From: Candidatus Woesearchaeota archaeon
Lineage (GTDB): Archaea > Nanobdellota > Nanobdellia > Woesearchaeales > UBA583
Assembly: GCA_965205335.1 (NCBI GenBank)
Contig: OZ242164.1
Span: 192,001 to 256,000 of the forward strand
Direction of reading: 5' to 3'
Length of the DNA stretch: 64,000 nt
Shown one piece after another: positions 49,388-58,754 of this stretch. Below the pieces are notes generated by a model. It did not search any database and was not told where the DNA came from. It worked only from the letters and a program-made list of their open reading frames with translations. A program made the translations under genes and the position numbers. Position 1 is the stretch's first letter, and every line of letters starts with the position of its first letter.

Positions 49388-49472
49388 TTTAGCTAATTGC
49401 AGACAACTTATGATAGGTTCCTATAAATTTAAAGAAACGATTTTGAATATGTGATTAAATTTTCATAATAAA

Positions 49473-49481
49473 TTTTATAAA
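49473..49481 (+). promoter_or_regulatory. TATA box for the tRNA-Ala/23S transcript
   Basis: TTTTATAAA about 25 nt before a GC-rich leader hairpin GCCGT-CAGTT-ATGGC (49506-49520). Confidence 0.6.
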
Positions 49482-49534
49482 GAGGTTCTTGTTAATATTT
49501 AATGTGCCGTCAGTTATGGCGGAGCTTAATGGAT

Positions 49535-49608
49535 GGGCTCGTAGCTCAGTCCGGTAGAGCACCGCCCTTGCAAGGCGGGGGCCTCGGGTTCAAATCCCGA
49601 CGAGTCCA
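49535..49608 (+). tRNA. tRNA-Ala (UGC)
   Basis: GGGCTCG/CGAGTCC with G3:U70, CCGCC-CTTGCAA-GGCGG anticodon arm, T arm TCGGG-TTCAAAT-CCCGA. Confidence 0.96.
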
Positions 49609-49662
49609 TTAGGCCTCGCGAGATTTTTACTGTTGCATATTTGATTTATCTTATATGTTAGT

Positions 49663-49681
49663 AAGTCCCGATGAGTCCATT
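49663..49681 (+). repeat. Partial duplicate of the tRNA-Ala 3' end
   Basis: AAGTCCCGATGAGTCCATT vs AAATCCCGACGAGTCCATT at 49592-49610 (17/19). Confidence 0.7.
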
Positions 49682-49784
49682 TGAGTATGCAGCTTTTAAG
49701 ATCTATCTTAAGAGTGAAGAACAAAGGTAATTGCTTGCAATTACTTATGATGTTAAGTATGAAAATAGCCTTATAGTTTTTATT

Positions 49785-52618
49785 AATTAAATCTATTATG
49801 TGAATGACTTGGCTTGGGTAGCGATGAAGGACGTGGTTAGCTGCGATATGCGTAAGGTAGGAGCATACTTCCTTTGAACTTGCGATTTCCGAATAGGACT
49901 TCCTTTATATTCGCTCGACGAAAGCACACTTGGGGAACTGAAACATCTTAGTACCCAAAGGAAAAGAAATCAATGTGAGATTCTGTAAGTAATGGCGAAT
50001 GAAAGCAGAACAGATCAAACTGAATCACTTGTAGCAATACATTTGAGATGTGGTGTTTGGAATTCATTTTCCGCCTAATTAAAATATTCAAATAATTCTG
50101 AAATGTTTAACCTTAGAGGGTGATAGTCCCGTAGAATATTTTTGTTAGGGGTTTTGAAATCTCCAGAGTAGCATCTATTGGAAATTAGGTGTGAATGTGG
50201 GGGTCACTTGCCTCCAAATCTAAATATAACCCAAGACCGATAGTGAATTAGTACCGTGAGGGAATGTTGAAAAGAGGCCTTAACAGGTCCTGAAAAGATC
50301 TGAAACATAGTAGATATAGGATGATGCGGCATCAAGGTGTTGCATCGTACGTTCTGAATAACGGGCCGGGGAGCTGATTTTTATGGCATGGCGAAAGCCG
50401 CAGGGAAACCAAGTTGCTGCAAATTTGAGAGCAAGGGTAGTAATACTGCCTTTAGTCATAAATATCAAACCCGAAACCAGATGATCTATACCTGAGCAGG
50501 CTGAAGTTCAAGTAAAATTGAATGGAGGGCCGAAGCAGTATCGCGTCTATTGATTTGTGTGATTTGGGTATAGGGGTGAAAAGCCAATCGAATCTGGTGA
50601 TAGCTGGTTCTAGTCAAAATTGGCCTTAGTCAAGTCTTAGTTTAGAATGTTACAGAGGTAGAGCTACGGATAAGGAGGTTGGGGGGAGAAATCTCTTCAT
50701 TTCCTTGTCCAACTCCAAATGCTGTAACTTCGTAGATACTAGGAAACGGGATTGCACGGGGTAAACTTGCAATCCGTGAGGGGAACAACCCAGACTATAG
50801 TTAAGGTCCCTAAATAGTGATCAAGTGATAAAGGGTAAAGGGTGTAAGTATTCGAAGACAAAGAGGAGGTTTGCTTAGAAGCAGCAATCCCTTAAAGAGT
50901 GCGTAACAGCTCACTCTTCAAGAGTATTTGCCCCGAAAATAATCGGGTCTAAATCACTTACCGATACTATAGTTCACGTATACGATACGTGTAAGGTAGA
51001 CTAGTAATGCATGTGGGCAGAAGTTTCGCTTGAAGGCGAAGTGGACCACATGGATATAAGAATCCCGGCGGTAGTAGGAGAATAACTGCGTGAGAATCGC
51101 AGTGGGCGAAAGGGCAAGGGTTCCTTCTCAATGTAGATCAGAGAAGGGTTAGTCATTCCTAATTGGAGTCCTAATTGGATTTACAAGAAAGGGAAGCAGG
51201 TTAATATTCCTGCACTATTTGGATAGATGTGGTAACACAAGTATAATTTTGGACAATTTCGGTTAATTGCTACCAAGCTTGCTTGGTTCAAGAAGAATAA
51301 ATCAATGGAGTGTTGTAATGACGAGAAGTTGATTAAGTTTTTATGTGTAATTTGCAATAATACCTAGATTCCTTGAAAACAAAATTATATCAATTCCAGA
51401 TAAATGTACCCACAACCGGCACAGGTGCCCCTAGGTGAGAAACCTAAGTCCTGTAAGGCTAATCTTTGTAAGGGAATTCGGCAAATTAGCCACATGCCTT
51501 CGGCATATGTGGTCCCTGAACTACGTGTTTAATCAAGTAGCTTGAGGGTGCAATTTCAAAGGTGGTTCGACTGTTTAACTAAAACATAGGGAACTGCTAG
51601 TCAGTAATGATGTGTATAGTTCCTGAAGTCTGCCCACTGCCAGTAACTAAAACCTCTTTCCAAGGAGGCCAAGGTCTGGTAAAGGGCGGGGATAACTATG
51701 ATCCTCTTAAGGTAGCGAAATGCCTTGTCGTTTAATTGACGACTTGCATGAATGGCGTAACGAAATCACCACTGTCCCTACAAAGAACCTTCCGAACACA
51801 CTTTCCCGGTGCAAAAGCCGGGGACTTCATGTGGGAAGTAAAGACCCCGTTGAACTTTACTGCAGCCTGCTATTGTGATCAATTCTGTAGTGCAACAAGG
51901 AGCTTTGGCGTCAGTGAAATACTTGTCGCTACAGAATTGGTTGCTTATCACTATATGTGAAACAGTAGTTGGTGGGCAGTTTGGCTGGGGTGGCACCCTG
52001 CTGAAAAGGTATCAGCAGGGCCCAATGGTCAGCTCAGTTGGTTTAGAAATCCAACGTAGAGTGTAAGAGCAAAAGCTGGCTTTATTGTGATTACCATAAT
52101 ACTAATCGCAATTACGAAAGTATGGTCTAACGATCTCCAATGTGCTCCTAAGTGGGGCCTTGGATTGACAGAAAAGTTACCACGGGGATAACAGAGTTGT
52201 CGCTCCTGAGAGTTCATATCGACGGAGCGGTTTGCTACATCGATGTCGGCTCATCCTAACCTGGTAGTGCAGCAGCTACCAAAGGTGGGGGTGTTCACCC
52301 ATTAAAAGGGTTCGTGAGCTGGGTTCACAACGCTGTGAGGCAGTTGGTATAATATCTGCATGGAGTGTAATAGTATCTGCGAGAAAGATTCATTTAGTAC
52401 GAAAGGAACGATGTGTCGTCGCCACTGGTGTATCTGTTGTCCATATGGGCACGCAGAGTAGCTACGCGATAGAGGATAAAGGCTGAAAGCATCTAAGCCT
52501 GAAACCTCCCTCTAAAAAAGATACATTTGTCACAAATAAAAGATTTGTTTGATAGGATCTTGGTGTAATTATGAAGTTTTTACGACATATTCAGCCAGAG
52601 ATTACTAACGACTTTACA
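49785..52618 (+). rRNA. rrl: 23S rRNA (archaeal), ends approximate
   Basis: GAACTGAAACATCTTAGTA, GCGTAACAGCTCAC, CTTAAGGTAGCGAAAT, GGGATAACAG, GATGTCGGCTC, sarcin-ricin loop; flanking inverted repeat ATGTTAAGTATGAAAAT (about 49750) / ATTTTCATACTTAACAT (about 52641) forming a processing stem. Confidence 0.98.
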
Positions 52619-52833
52619 ATAAAAACTAACTTAACAGGAAATTTTCATACTTAACATAATAATTTGTTCACATATACAATACTCAAACATTTTATTTATC
52701 TAAAAAACAAAACTAAAAAATTCTATGCTTAATACGTAATATTTTCTTAACTCTAAGAGAAATTCTTATAAAAAATTAAACTAAATAAGATTTAGATAGA
52801 AAACCAAAAATAAAATAAAAACTATTCCTTAAT

Positions 52834-52998
52834 TCATTCAACACACGAACACTTACCACAGTGACATCTGTCTGGGTTTTTGTGAATTCCCATATAAACT
52901 CCTCTCCCACATTTAGGACAGCTCTTGCGTGACTCCTTAACCATATCATACTTCCTAGAAGGTTCACTTGACTTTTTTTTCTCTTTTGCCTTTGCCAT
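52834..52998 (-). CDS. rps27ae: 30S ribosomal protein S27ae (eS31)
   Basis: Missed by the ORF track (54 aa): MAKAKEKKKSSEPSRKYDMVKESRKSCPKCGRGVYMGIHKNPDRCHCGKCSCVE. Confidence 0.93.
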   Translation of the reverse strand: MAKAKEKKKSSEPSRKYDMVKESRKSCPKCGRGVYMGIHKNPDRCHCGKCSCVE

Positions 52999-52999
52999 T

Positions 53000-53488
53000 T
53001 TAAATTTCCTCATTTAACTGCTTATCATAAGTTCCAGCCTTAACATCTGAAATAAAATCTCTTGGTTTCTTTCCATCAATAGTTACCCCAAGTGAATAAC
53101 AAGTACCTGCAATCTCGCGAACCGCTGCAGACAAATCATTTGACAGCAATGCATCAAATTTCATCCTTGCAACTTTCTTAATCTGTTCCAAATTCATATC
53201 TGCAACATACTCTGTATTAGGAGTCCCTGATCCTTTTTGTATTCCAAGTTCTGATTTTATTAGTTGTGATGCCGGGGGAGTTCCCACCTCAATCTCATAC
53301 TCTTTTGTATCAGTATCAACAATAACTTTTACTGGAACTTTCATTCCCTTAAAATCTGATGTTTTCTTATTAATATCTGCTACAACCTGCCCAATATTGA
53401 CTTTCAAAGGTCCTAACGCAGGTCCTATTGGAGGTGCAGCTGATGCTTTCCCTCCCTCAATTAAGGCTTCAACAGTTTCTTTTCCCAT
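53000..53488 (-). CDS. rpl11: 50S ribosomal protein L11 (uL11)
   Basis: GGKASAAPPIGPALG, FKGMKVPV, GTPPAS, GTCYSLGV. Confidence 0.97.
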   Translation of the reverse strand: MGKETVEALIEGGKASAAPPIGPALGPLKVNIGQVVADINKKTSDFKGMKVPVKVIVDTDTKEYEIEVGTPPASQLIKSELGIQKGSGTPNTEYVADMNLEQIKKVARMKFDALLSNDLSAAVREIAGTCYSLGVTIDGKKPRDFISDVKAGTYDKQLNEEI

Positions 53489-53494
53489 TTTCTA

Positions 53495-53656
53495 TCACAT
53501 TATGTAAAAACGTAAGATGCAAAAAAATTGTATTGCAGAACTTACAAACCTACTATCAAACAAACATAGAAACAATGAAACTACCAACTTCCTACATCTG
53601 TAAGCTACCTTATGCATCGCAATAAAGGTTAGTGGCATTAATTAAAATAACGCCTG
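53495..53656 (-). promoter_or_regulatory. Candidate structured 5' leader or ncRNA upstream of rpl11
   Basis: TATA at 53684-53677; hairpin GGCGTTA/TAATGCC; long stem GATGCA/TGCATC plus AGCTTACAGA/TTTGTAAGTT with G.U pairs on the minus strand. Confidence 0.5.
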
Positions 53657-53743
53657 AAAAAATTAATACAAAACCTTTTATAAATCTAATGTCAGAAAAA
53701 GGCAACAGGAAATTTTTAAAAAGAAACAAAAAATAACATTTCT

Positions 53744-54322
53744 ATGACAAAAAACTACTCTGACTTTAAATTCTGGAAAAAACAGGCACTTTCCAAATTA
53801 GACAAATCAAACATAGGAGAAATTGATGAAAAGATAAAACCACTTTGCGACTCCATAAACAAAAAAGATAATATGTTTACTCTCTCATCCTGTAGCGGAA
53901 GAATAACTCTAATGAAAGATTTAAGCAAAACCCAAAATATTTGGCACTTTGTCTCCCATAAAAAAATAAAACTCCAAGACATAACAAATTCATTAAATAA
54001 CTACAAAGAAAACACTCCTCTCCTTTTCATTCAAGAATCAGTTATAATACACATCTGCGTTAAAACAAATGAACTTGTCAGAAAACTAATGCACATTAGC
54101 AAAAAATCTGGACTAAACCAAGTAGGGATAATCGCAAACAGAAATAAAATAGTAGTTGAACTAATTTGCGATTCTAAACTCAAACTCCCAATATACGAAA
54201 ACAGAAAAATTTTAATCAATGAAGAATATCTCAAAATCTTAATTAATAGAGCAAATAAAAATTTAAAAAAATCTTGGAATGCAATAAAAAAACTTACGAA
54301 GGAAATTACAAATTTGAAATAA
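53744..54322 (+). CDS. taw3: tRNA wyosine methyltransferase Taw3/TYW3 family
   Basis: GEIDEKI, FTLSSCSGRI, WHFVSH, IIHI. Confidence 0.88.
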   Translation: MTKNYSDFKFWKKQALSKLDKSNIGEIDEKIKPLCDSINKKDNMFTLSSCSGRITLMKDLSKTQNIWHFVSHKKIKLQDITNSLNNYKENTPLLFIQESVIIHICVKTNELVRKLMHISKKSGLNQVGIIANRNKIVVELICDSKLKLPIYENRKILINEEYLKILINRANKNLKKSWNAIKKLTKEITNLK

Positions 54323-54368
54323 AACATGCAAACGTTAGCTTTATATATATTTACACATTCAAAAATCT

Positions 54369-54974
54369 ATGGCAAAATTTGAATTAAAAGATTTACCCTA
54401 TGACTATACGGCGCTAAGTCCATACATTAGCGAAGAGACATTAAGATTTCACCATGGCAAACACCATCAGGCTTACTGTGATAAATTAAATGCCGCTCTT
54501 TTAGAACCTGAAATTGAAACAGATAACATTGAAGAGATACTTGCAAACTTCTCAGACAAACCAGCTATAAGAAACAATGGAGGAGGATTCTGGAATCACA
54601 CATTTTACTGGGAGAGTATGGGAAATAACAATAACGAACCAAGCAAGAGAATGTTAAATTTAATTGAAGAATCATTTGGTTCATTTGAAGAATTTAAAAA
54701 TCAGTTTAGCAATTTCGCGACTACTCTTTTCGGTTCTGGATGGACTTGGCTTGCAGTAAACAATGAAGAAAAATTAGTAATATACAATACACCAAACCAA
54801 GACAACTTTATGATGGGTGTCTGCCCAAACAAAGAAAAACCAATACTTGGAATTGATGTATGGGAACATGCATATTACTTGGATTACCAAAACAAAAGAC
54901 CTGAATATATTGAGAATTTTTTTAAAATAATCAATTGGGCAAAAGTTGAAGAACGATATAACGAATTAGAATAA
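54369..54974 (+). CDS. sod: Fe/Mn superoxide dismutase
   Basis: LPYDYTALSP, HHGKHHQAY, NHTFYW, FGSGW, DVWEHAYY. Confidence 0.97.
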   Translation: MAKFELKDLPYDYTALSPYISEETLRFHHGKHHQAYCDKLNAALLEPEIETDNIEEILANFSDKPAIRNNGGGFWNHTFYWESMGNNNNEPSKRMLNLIEESFGSFEEFKNQFSNFATTLFGSGWTWLAVNNEEKLVIYNTPNQDNFMMGVCPNKEKPILGIDVWEHAYYLDYQNKRPEYIENFFKIINWAKVEERYNELE

Positions 54975-55012
54975 ACAAATTCTTAAATTCTACTTCTCAA
55001 CCAAACCCAAAT

Positions 55013-55414
55013 TTAAATCATTTTGATTAATTCATGTGTTGGAAGAATTTCAACTGTATCTTGCTCTTGCAAAAGTTTATCATTAGACCAAATTGGACAA
55101 CCTAATTTAAGAGCCAAAGCAAAATAAAGAATATCTTCATTATCTAGAGAAATCTCTTCTGCTCGTTTTTCAAATCCTTTTAAATCTTCAAAAGGAACTA
55201 AAACAATCCTATTCTCATAAATATTAAACAATCTTTCAAAATCTTCTGGACTTCTTTTAGTCTTCCTTAAAATTGTTTGTTTATGCTTCCTAAATTCCTC
55301 AAATACAAATTCAGGAGAATATAACTTTAAACCTGATTTTATAAGTAAATTTGAAGTAACACTCTCTTTTATAAGAGCAGCAAAGAGGATATTTGCATCC
55401 AAAACCAAATCCAT
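55013..55414 (-). CDS. PIN-domain toxin (VapC-like)
   Basis: LVLDANIL, E, DILYFALAL, IWSNDK. Confidence 0.88.
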   Translation of the reverse strand: MDLVLDANILFAALIKESVTSNLLIKSGLKLYSPEFVFEEFRKHKQTILRKTKRSPEDFERLFNIYENRIVLVPFEDLKGFEKRAEEISLDNEDILYFALALKLGCPIWSNDKLLQEQDTVEILPTHELIKMI

Positions 55415-55644
55415 TATTTATTATTCCCCTTATATCTCTTCATTAAATCCTTTTTTAATTTTCTTCCCAATCTCAGAGCATCTTTCTCAGTCATTTCACT
55501 TTCTGCTTTAAATTTCTTCAAAAAATCCAAATCTGAAACTTTTGAAAGAAAAGCTTGTCTTGCAACTTCAGACCAATTAATCTCTGGATGAGACTCCATT
55601 TTATGCCTTAATTCAGACGGAACAGATAAAGTCATCGTAACCAT
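55414..55644 (-). CDS. RHH-type antitoxin
   Basis: MVTMTLSVP..INWSEVARQA; 1-nt overlap with the PIN gene. Confidence 0.82.
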   Translation of the reverse strand: MVTMTLSVPSELRHKMESHPEINWSEVARQAFLSKVSDLDFLKKFKAESEMTEKDALRLGRKLKKDLMKRYKGNNK

Positions 55645-55695
55645 ATGTATATTATGTGCACACACACATATAAACTTTTGCTTTTAAGAATTCTC

Positions 55696-55944
55696 TTATT
55701 CCTTTATTTCAACCAAACCCAAAATCTCTTCTTTATATCTCTTTGCAAGATTCTTATTTCTAATAATCAACAAATTCTCATCATTATAAGAAACCCCAGA
55801 TTTACTTGGATTCATTGAACCTGTAATAACATACTCCAAATCAACCACAAAAACTTTATGATGCATTGTCTTTGGATTAGAATCCTTGACAATATCTAAA
55901 TCCTTTGACAAATTATCTATAATTGAACCTCTTGTATTCCACAT
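55696..55944 (-). pseudogene. C-terminal fragment of a phospholipase D/nuclease (one HKD motif)
   Basis: MHHKVFVVD..VITGSMN...NDENLLII; only about 82 aa, no upstream promoter space. Confidence 0.7.
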
Positions 55945-55957
55945 CCGACTCTCAATA

Positions 55958-56266
55958 ATGACTTTTCTGATTTCATTTCTAATTTTATTTTACATAGACC
56001 AAACTACATATCCTATAAACATAAAAATAAAAAACCTAACGAACAACCACATAAACAAAAACATAATAGTAGAAGGAAAAATAATAAAACAATCTAACTT
56101 TAACTCAACTAAATTCTTTAATATAAAAGACGAAACAGGAATTCTAAAAGCAGTATCATTTAAATCAGAATATGAATTACACAAATCCCGAAAATATTAC
56201 TTTATGGGAAAAATAACAAAATACAACAATGAATTAGAACTAATAACTTCAAAAATATGGAAATAA
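55958..56266 (+). CDS. Membrane-anchored OB-fold nucleic-acid-binding protein (possibly N-truncated)
   Basis: Short TM segment, then IVEGKI..IKDETGILKAV..GKITKYNNELELI. Confidence 0.65.
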   Translation: MTFLISFLILFYIDQTTYPINIKIKNLTNNHINKNIIVEGKIIKQSNFNSTKFFNIKDETGILKAVSFKSEYELHKSRKYYFMGKITKYNNELELITSKIWK

Positions 56267-56268
56267 AA

Positions 56269-56961
56269 TCAGACATTAAAATCCCTTTGAGTTGAAACCT
56301 CCTTTCCATCAACGCAAACCTTTCTCTTTATAGTACCAACTCGTTTTGCAAGTCGTCTTGCAGTATCAAAATCAGGAACTTCCTTTGGAAGTTCAATTCC
56401 AGTAACCTCAATCTCATGAAAAATCTCAACCAGTTTTGGTTCACCTGACACATCAAACGCAAACTCTCTAATAACTTTCCCTGCAATACTAGATGGAAGA
56501 GTAACTTTGCAGAAATCTGCTGCAAACTCTTTATTTGGCTTTGGAAAACTTGACTTAGTAACATACGAAACTCCTTCCTCTCTAATATTTATTAGAACAT
56601 GATAACTATTCATTGTCTCAACAAAATCCTTAATATCAACATCATTCTCAAGCTTATACTTAAAAATTCCTCTTGCCTTAGAAACTTTTGAATACATAAT
56701 ACCTAACTTTGCAAGTTCTGATGCCAAATCTCTATTCCATATAAGAAGTCCGCTAATATGAACTACTTTTTTCCCAATAACACCCGCTACTATCTCTAAA
56801 AGCTCATCTACATAATGAAAAGATGCACCAATCTTAACACCTGTATTTGAAACCCTGATTTTCATAATAGGTCCTACAAACCCCCCCTTACTATACCTAA
56901 TAAACTTATTATGAAGATGGTCAGTATCATTATCTTCATACAAATCCTTAACAAAATGCAT
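56269..56961 (-). CDS. Hypothetical protein
   Basis: 230-aa ORF with native codon skew; HNKFIRYSKG and FPKP..FC motifs. Confidence 0.7.
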   Translation of the reverse strand: MHFVKDLYEDNDTDHLHNKFIRYSKGGFVGPIMKIRVSNTGVKIGASFHYVDELLEIVAGVIGKKVVHISGLLIWNRDLASELAKLGIMYSKVSKARGIFKYKLENDVDIKDFVETMNSYHVLINIREEGVSYVTKSSFPKPNKEFAADFCKVTLPSSIAGKVIREFAFDVSGEPKLVEIFHEIEVTGIELPKEVPDFDTARRLAKRVGTIKRKVCVDGKEVSTQRDFNV

Positions 56962-57097
56962 ACTATACAACCTTAAACAATCTTTATATATATTTGCTTT
57001 TACTTAAAAGGTTATATTATACACAAATTTAAACATATCACTATCTATTATTTAAAAAAATCTAAAAGTTTTTATATAACTAGGAAGTGCGTTTAAT

Positions 57098-57499
57098 ATG
57101 GGAGGTGTTTTAACACACACATTAATTGGGATTTTAAGTGGAGGTGTAGTTTTTTATTTCTGGAGAAAATCCGAATTTTTCTTAGCAACACTTCTTGGAA
57201 ATACAATTGTTGATTTCTTTAAATTCTTCTTTACCGCCCTCAAACAAGGAACAATATATCTATTTAACATAGAACACGATGAAACATTTTGGTTTTGGGC
57301 AGATTTAACTAATAATTGGACTAACTGGTTCACATTGGGTTTCTTCCTTTTAACATTAGCCACATTCTTGTACCATCATCATATAATCAGAAAAAAAACA
57401 TTTGTTGAATACGAAGAATTAGTTTGGGCATTTTTAATTGGAGTATGCTTACATTTGTTATTAGATATATTTTACATTGAAAAAAGTATTTGGATATAA
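57098..57499 (+). CDS. Membrane-bound metal-dependent hydrolase-like protein (YdjM-like)
   Basis: THTLIG, GNTIVD, HLLLD; several TM segments. Confidence 0.6.
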   Translation: MGGVLTHTLIGILSGGVVFYFWRKSEFFLATLLGNTIVDFFKFFFTALKQGTIYLFNIEHDETFWFWADLTNNWTNWFTLGFFLLTLATFLYHHHIIRKKTFVEYEELVWAFLIGVCLHLLLDIFYIEKSIWI

Positions 57500-57500
57500 A

Positions 57501-58310
57501 ATGATAAAAAAAATCTATTTAATACTATGTGGAGAAGATGAACACAAAAGACCCCGTTCAAGAAAACTATTAGAATTAATTAGAAATGATATATTAAACA
57601 ACAATGAGTATAAAATTGTTGTCAGCGGCTTATCTGTTTTTAATTTAAACCCAGAGAGTTCTGAAAGTTCAAGACTCTCTAAATACTTAATAAAAAATAA
57701 TGTTCCAAAAGAAAACATAATCTTAGAAAAAGAATCATTAGACACTCTTGGTAATATGGTATTCTCCCACACTATAATTGAGCAAATAATTAGACAAAAT
57801 CCACAAGAACCAATTGAGATAACTTTAATCACAGAAGGTTTTCATATGAAAAGAAGTGAAGAACTATTCCTGAAAATATTTAATGATTTAAAAAATATCA
57901 ATAATAAACTAACATTTAATTTTGAAAGAGCGAACACAGGCGGAATATCTTCTTTTTTCTGGAAAAGAAAATCAAAAGTTATTATTGAGAAAATCAAAAT
58001 ACAATTAAAAATTAGAAAAGATATCAAGAAAAGACACTTAGAACCTGAAAAAGACATTGTGGATTTCTTTAAAAAATCATCTTTAGTTAGTATAAAATAC
58101 TTAAAGGATTTTGCGGCTTTAGAAATTATTCTATTAGATATTAAAAAATTTAGATTGAAAACTTATGAAGAATTCGAAAATTTTCTGTTCTCCTTACCTA
58201 TTTATAATGAAAAATACAAACCAAAGCACAGATACCTAATAAAATTCAGTCTTTATGCCCTCGCAATCAACATCTCCTTAATGAAAGAAAATCAAAACAA
58301 GAGATACTAG
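57501..58310 (+). CDS. DUF218 (YdcF/ElyC-like) protein
   Basis: IVVSG, SES, IILEKESLDTLGN, LITEGFHMKRS. Confidence 0.8.
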   Translation: MIKKIYLILCGEDEHKRPRSRKLLELIRNDILNNNEYKIVVSGLSVFNLNPESSESSRLSKYLIKNNVPKENIILEKESLDTLGNMVFSHTIIEQIIRQNPQEPIEITLITEGFHMKRSEELFLKIFNDLKNINNKLTFNFERANTGGISSFFWKRKSKVIIEKIKIQLKIRKDIKKRHLEPEKDIVDFFKKSSLVSIKYLKDFAALEIILLDIKKFRLKTYEEFENFLFSLPIYNEKYKPKHRYLIKFSLYALAINISLMKENQNKRY

Positions 58311-58329
58311 AAGAAAACAAAACCAACAA

Positions 58330-58689
58330 CTAATTCTTACTTTTCCACTTATTCAAACTATCCTTAATACTTTGAAAATACTTATCAACATTATCCTCAA
58401 CCTCTGCAATCATCTCTTCCTTATTCTTTGAAAAATAAACAAACATAAATCCCCTATCTAAATTAACCTGCCTTTTCATCAAAAGCCCCTGCTTTAACAA
58501 TTTAGAAAGAATTTTCTGAACCGTTGTTCTGTCCTTTCCAACCTTATCAACTATATCCTTTACACCGAGTCCCCTCTTACTCATAATCAAAGCAGAAAAA
58601 ATATCATATTCAGAATCATTCAAACTATAATTACACCTAATCAAATCCCTCAAAGTAATCTTCCTACTTGTAAAATCCAACTTACCCAT
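58330..58689 (-). CDS. wHTH transcriptional regulator (TrmB/COG3355-like)
   Basis: LIRCNYSL, KDRTTVQKILSKL, RQVNLDRGFMFVY. Confidence 0.82.
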   Translation of the reverse strand: MGKLDFTSRKITLRDLIRCNYSLNDSEYDIFSALIMSKRGLGVKDIVDKVGKDRTTVQKILSKLLKQGLLMKRQVNLDRGFMFVYFSKNKEEMIAEVEDNVDKYFQSIKDSLNKWKSKN

Positions 58690-58754
58690 AGTGAAAAAGA
58701 AATCACATATATTTATAAAACTATTCAAACTTTCAAAACTCACTCCATAAACCT

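Noticed and set aside
50280-52217. Short ORFs inside the 23S region
   Set aside because: They lie within continuous rRNA sequence; no intron or homing-endonuclease insertion is evident and the gene length is ordinary
52776-52967. 63-aa ORF listed in the track
   Set aside because: Wrong frame; the real gene is eS31 at 52834-52998
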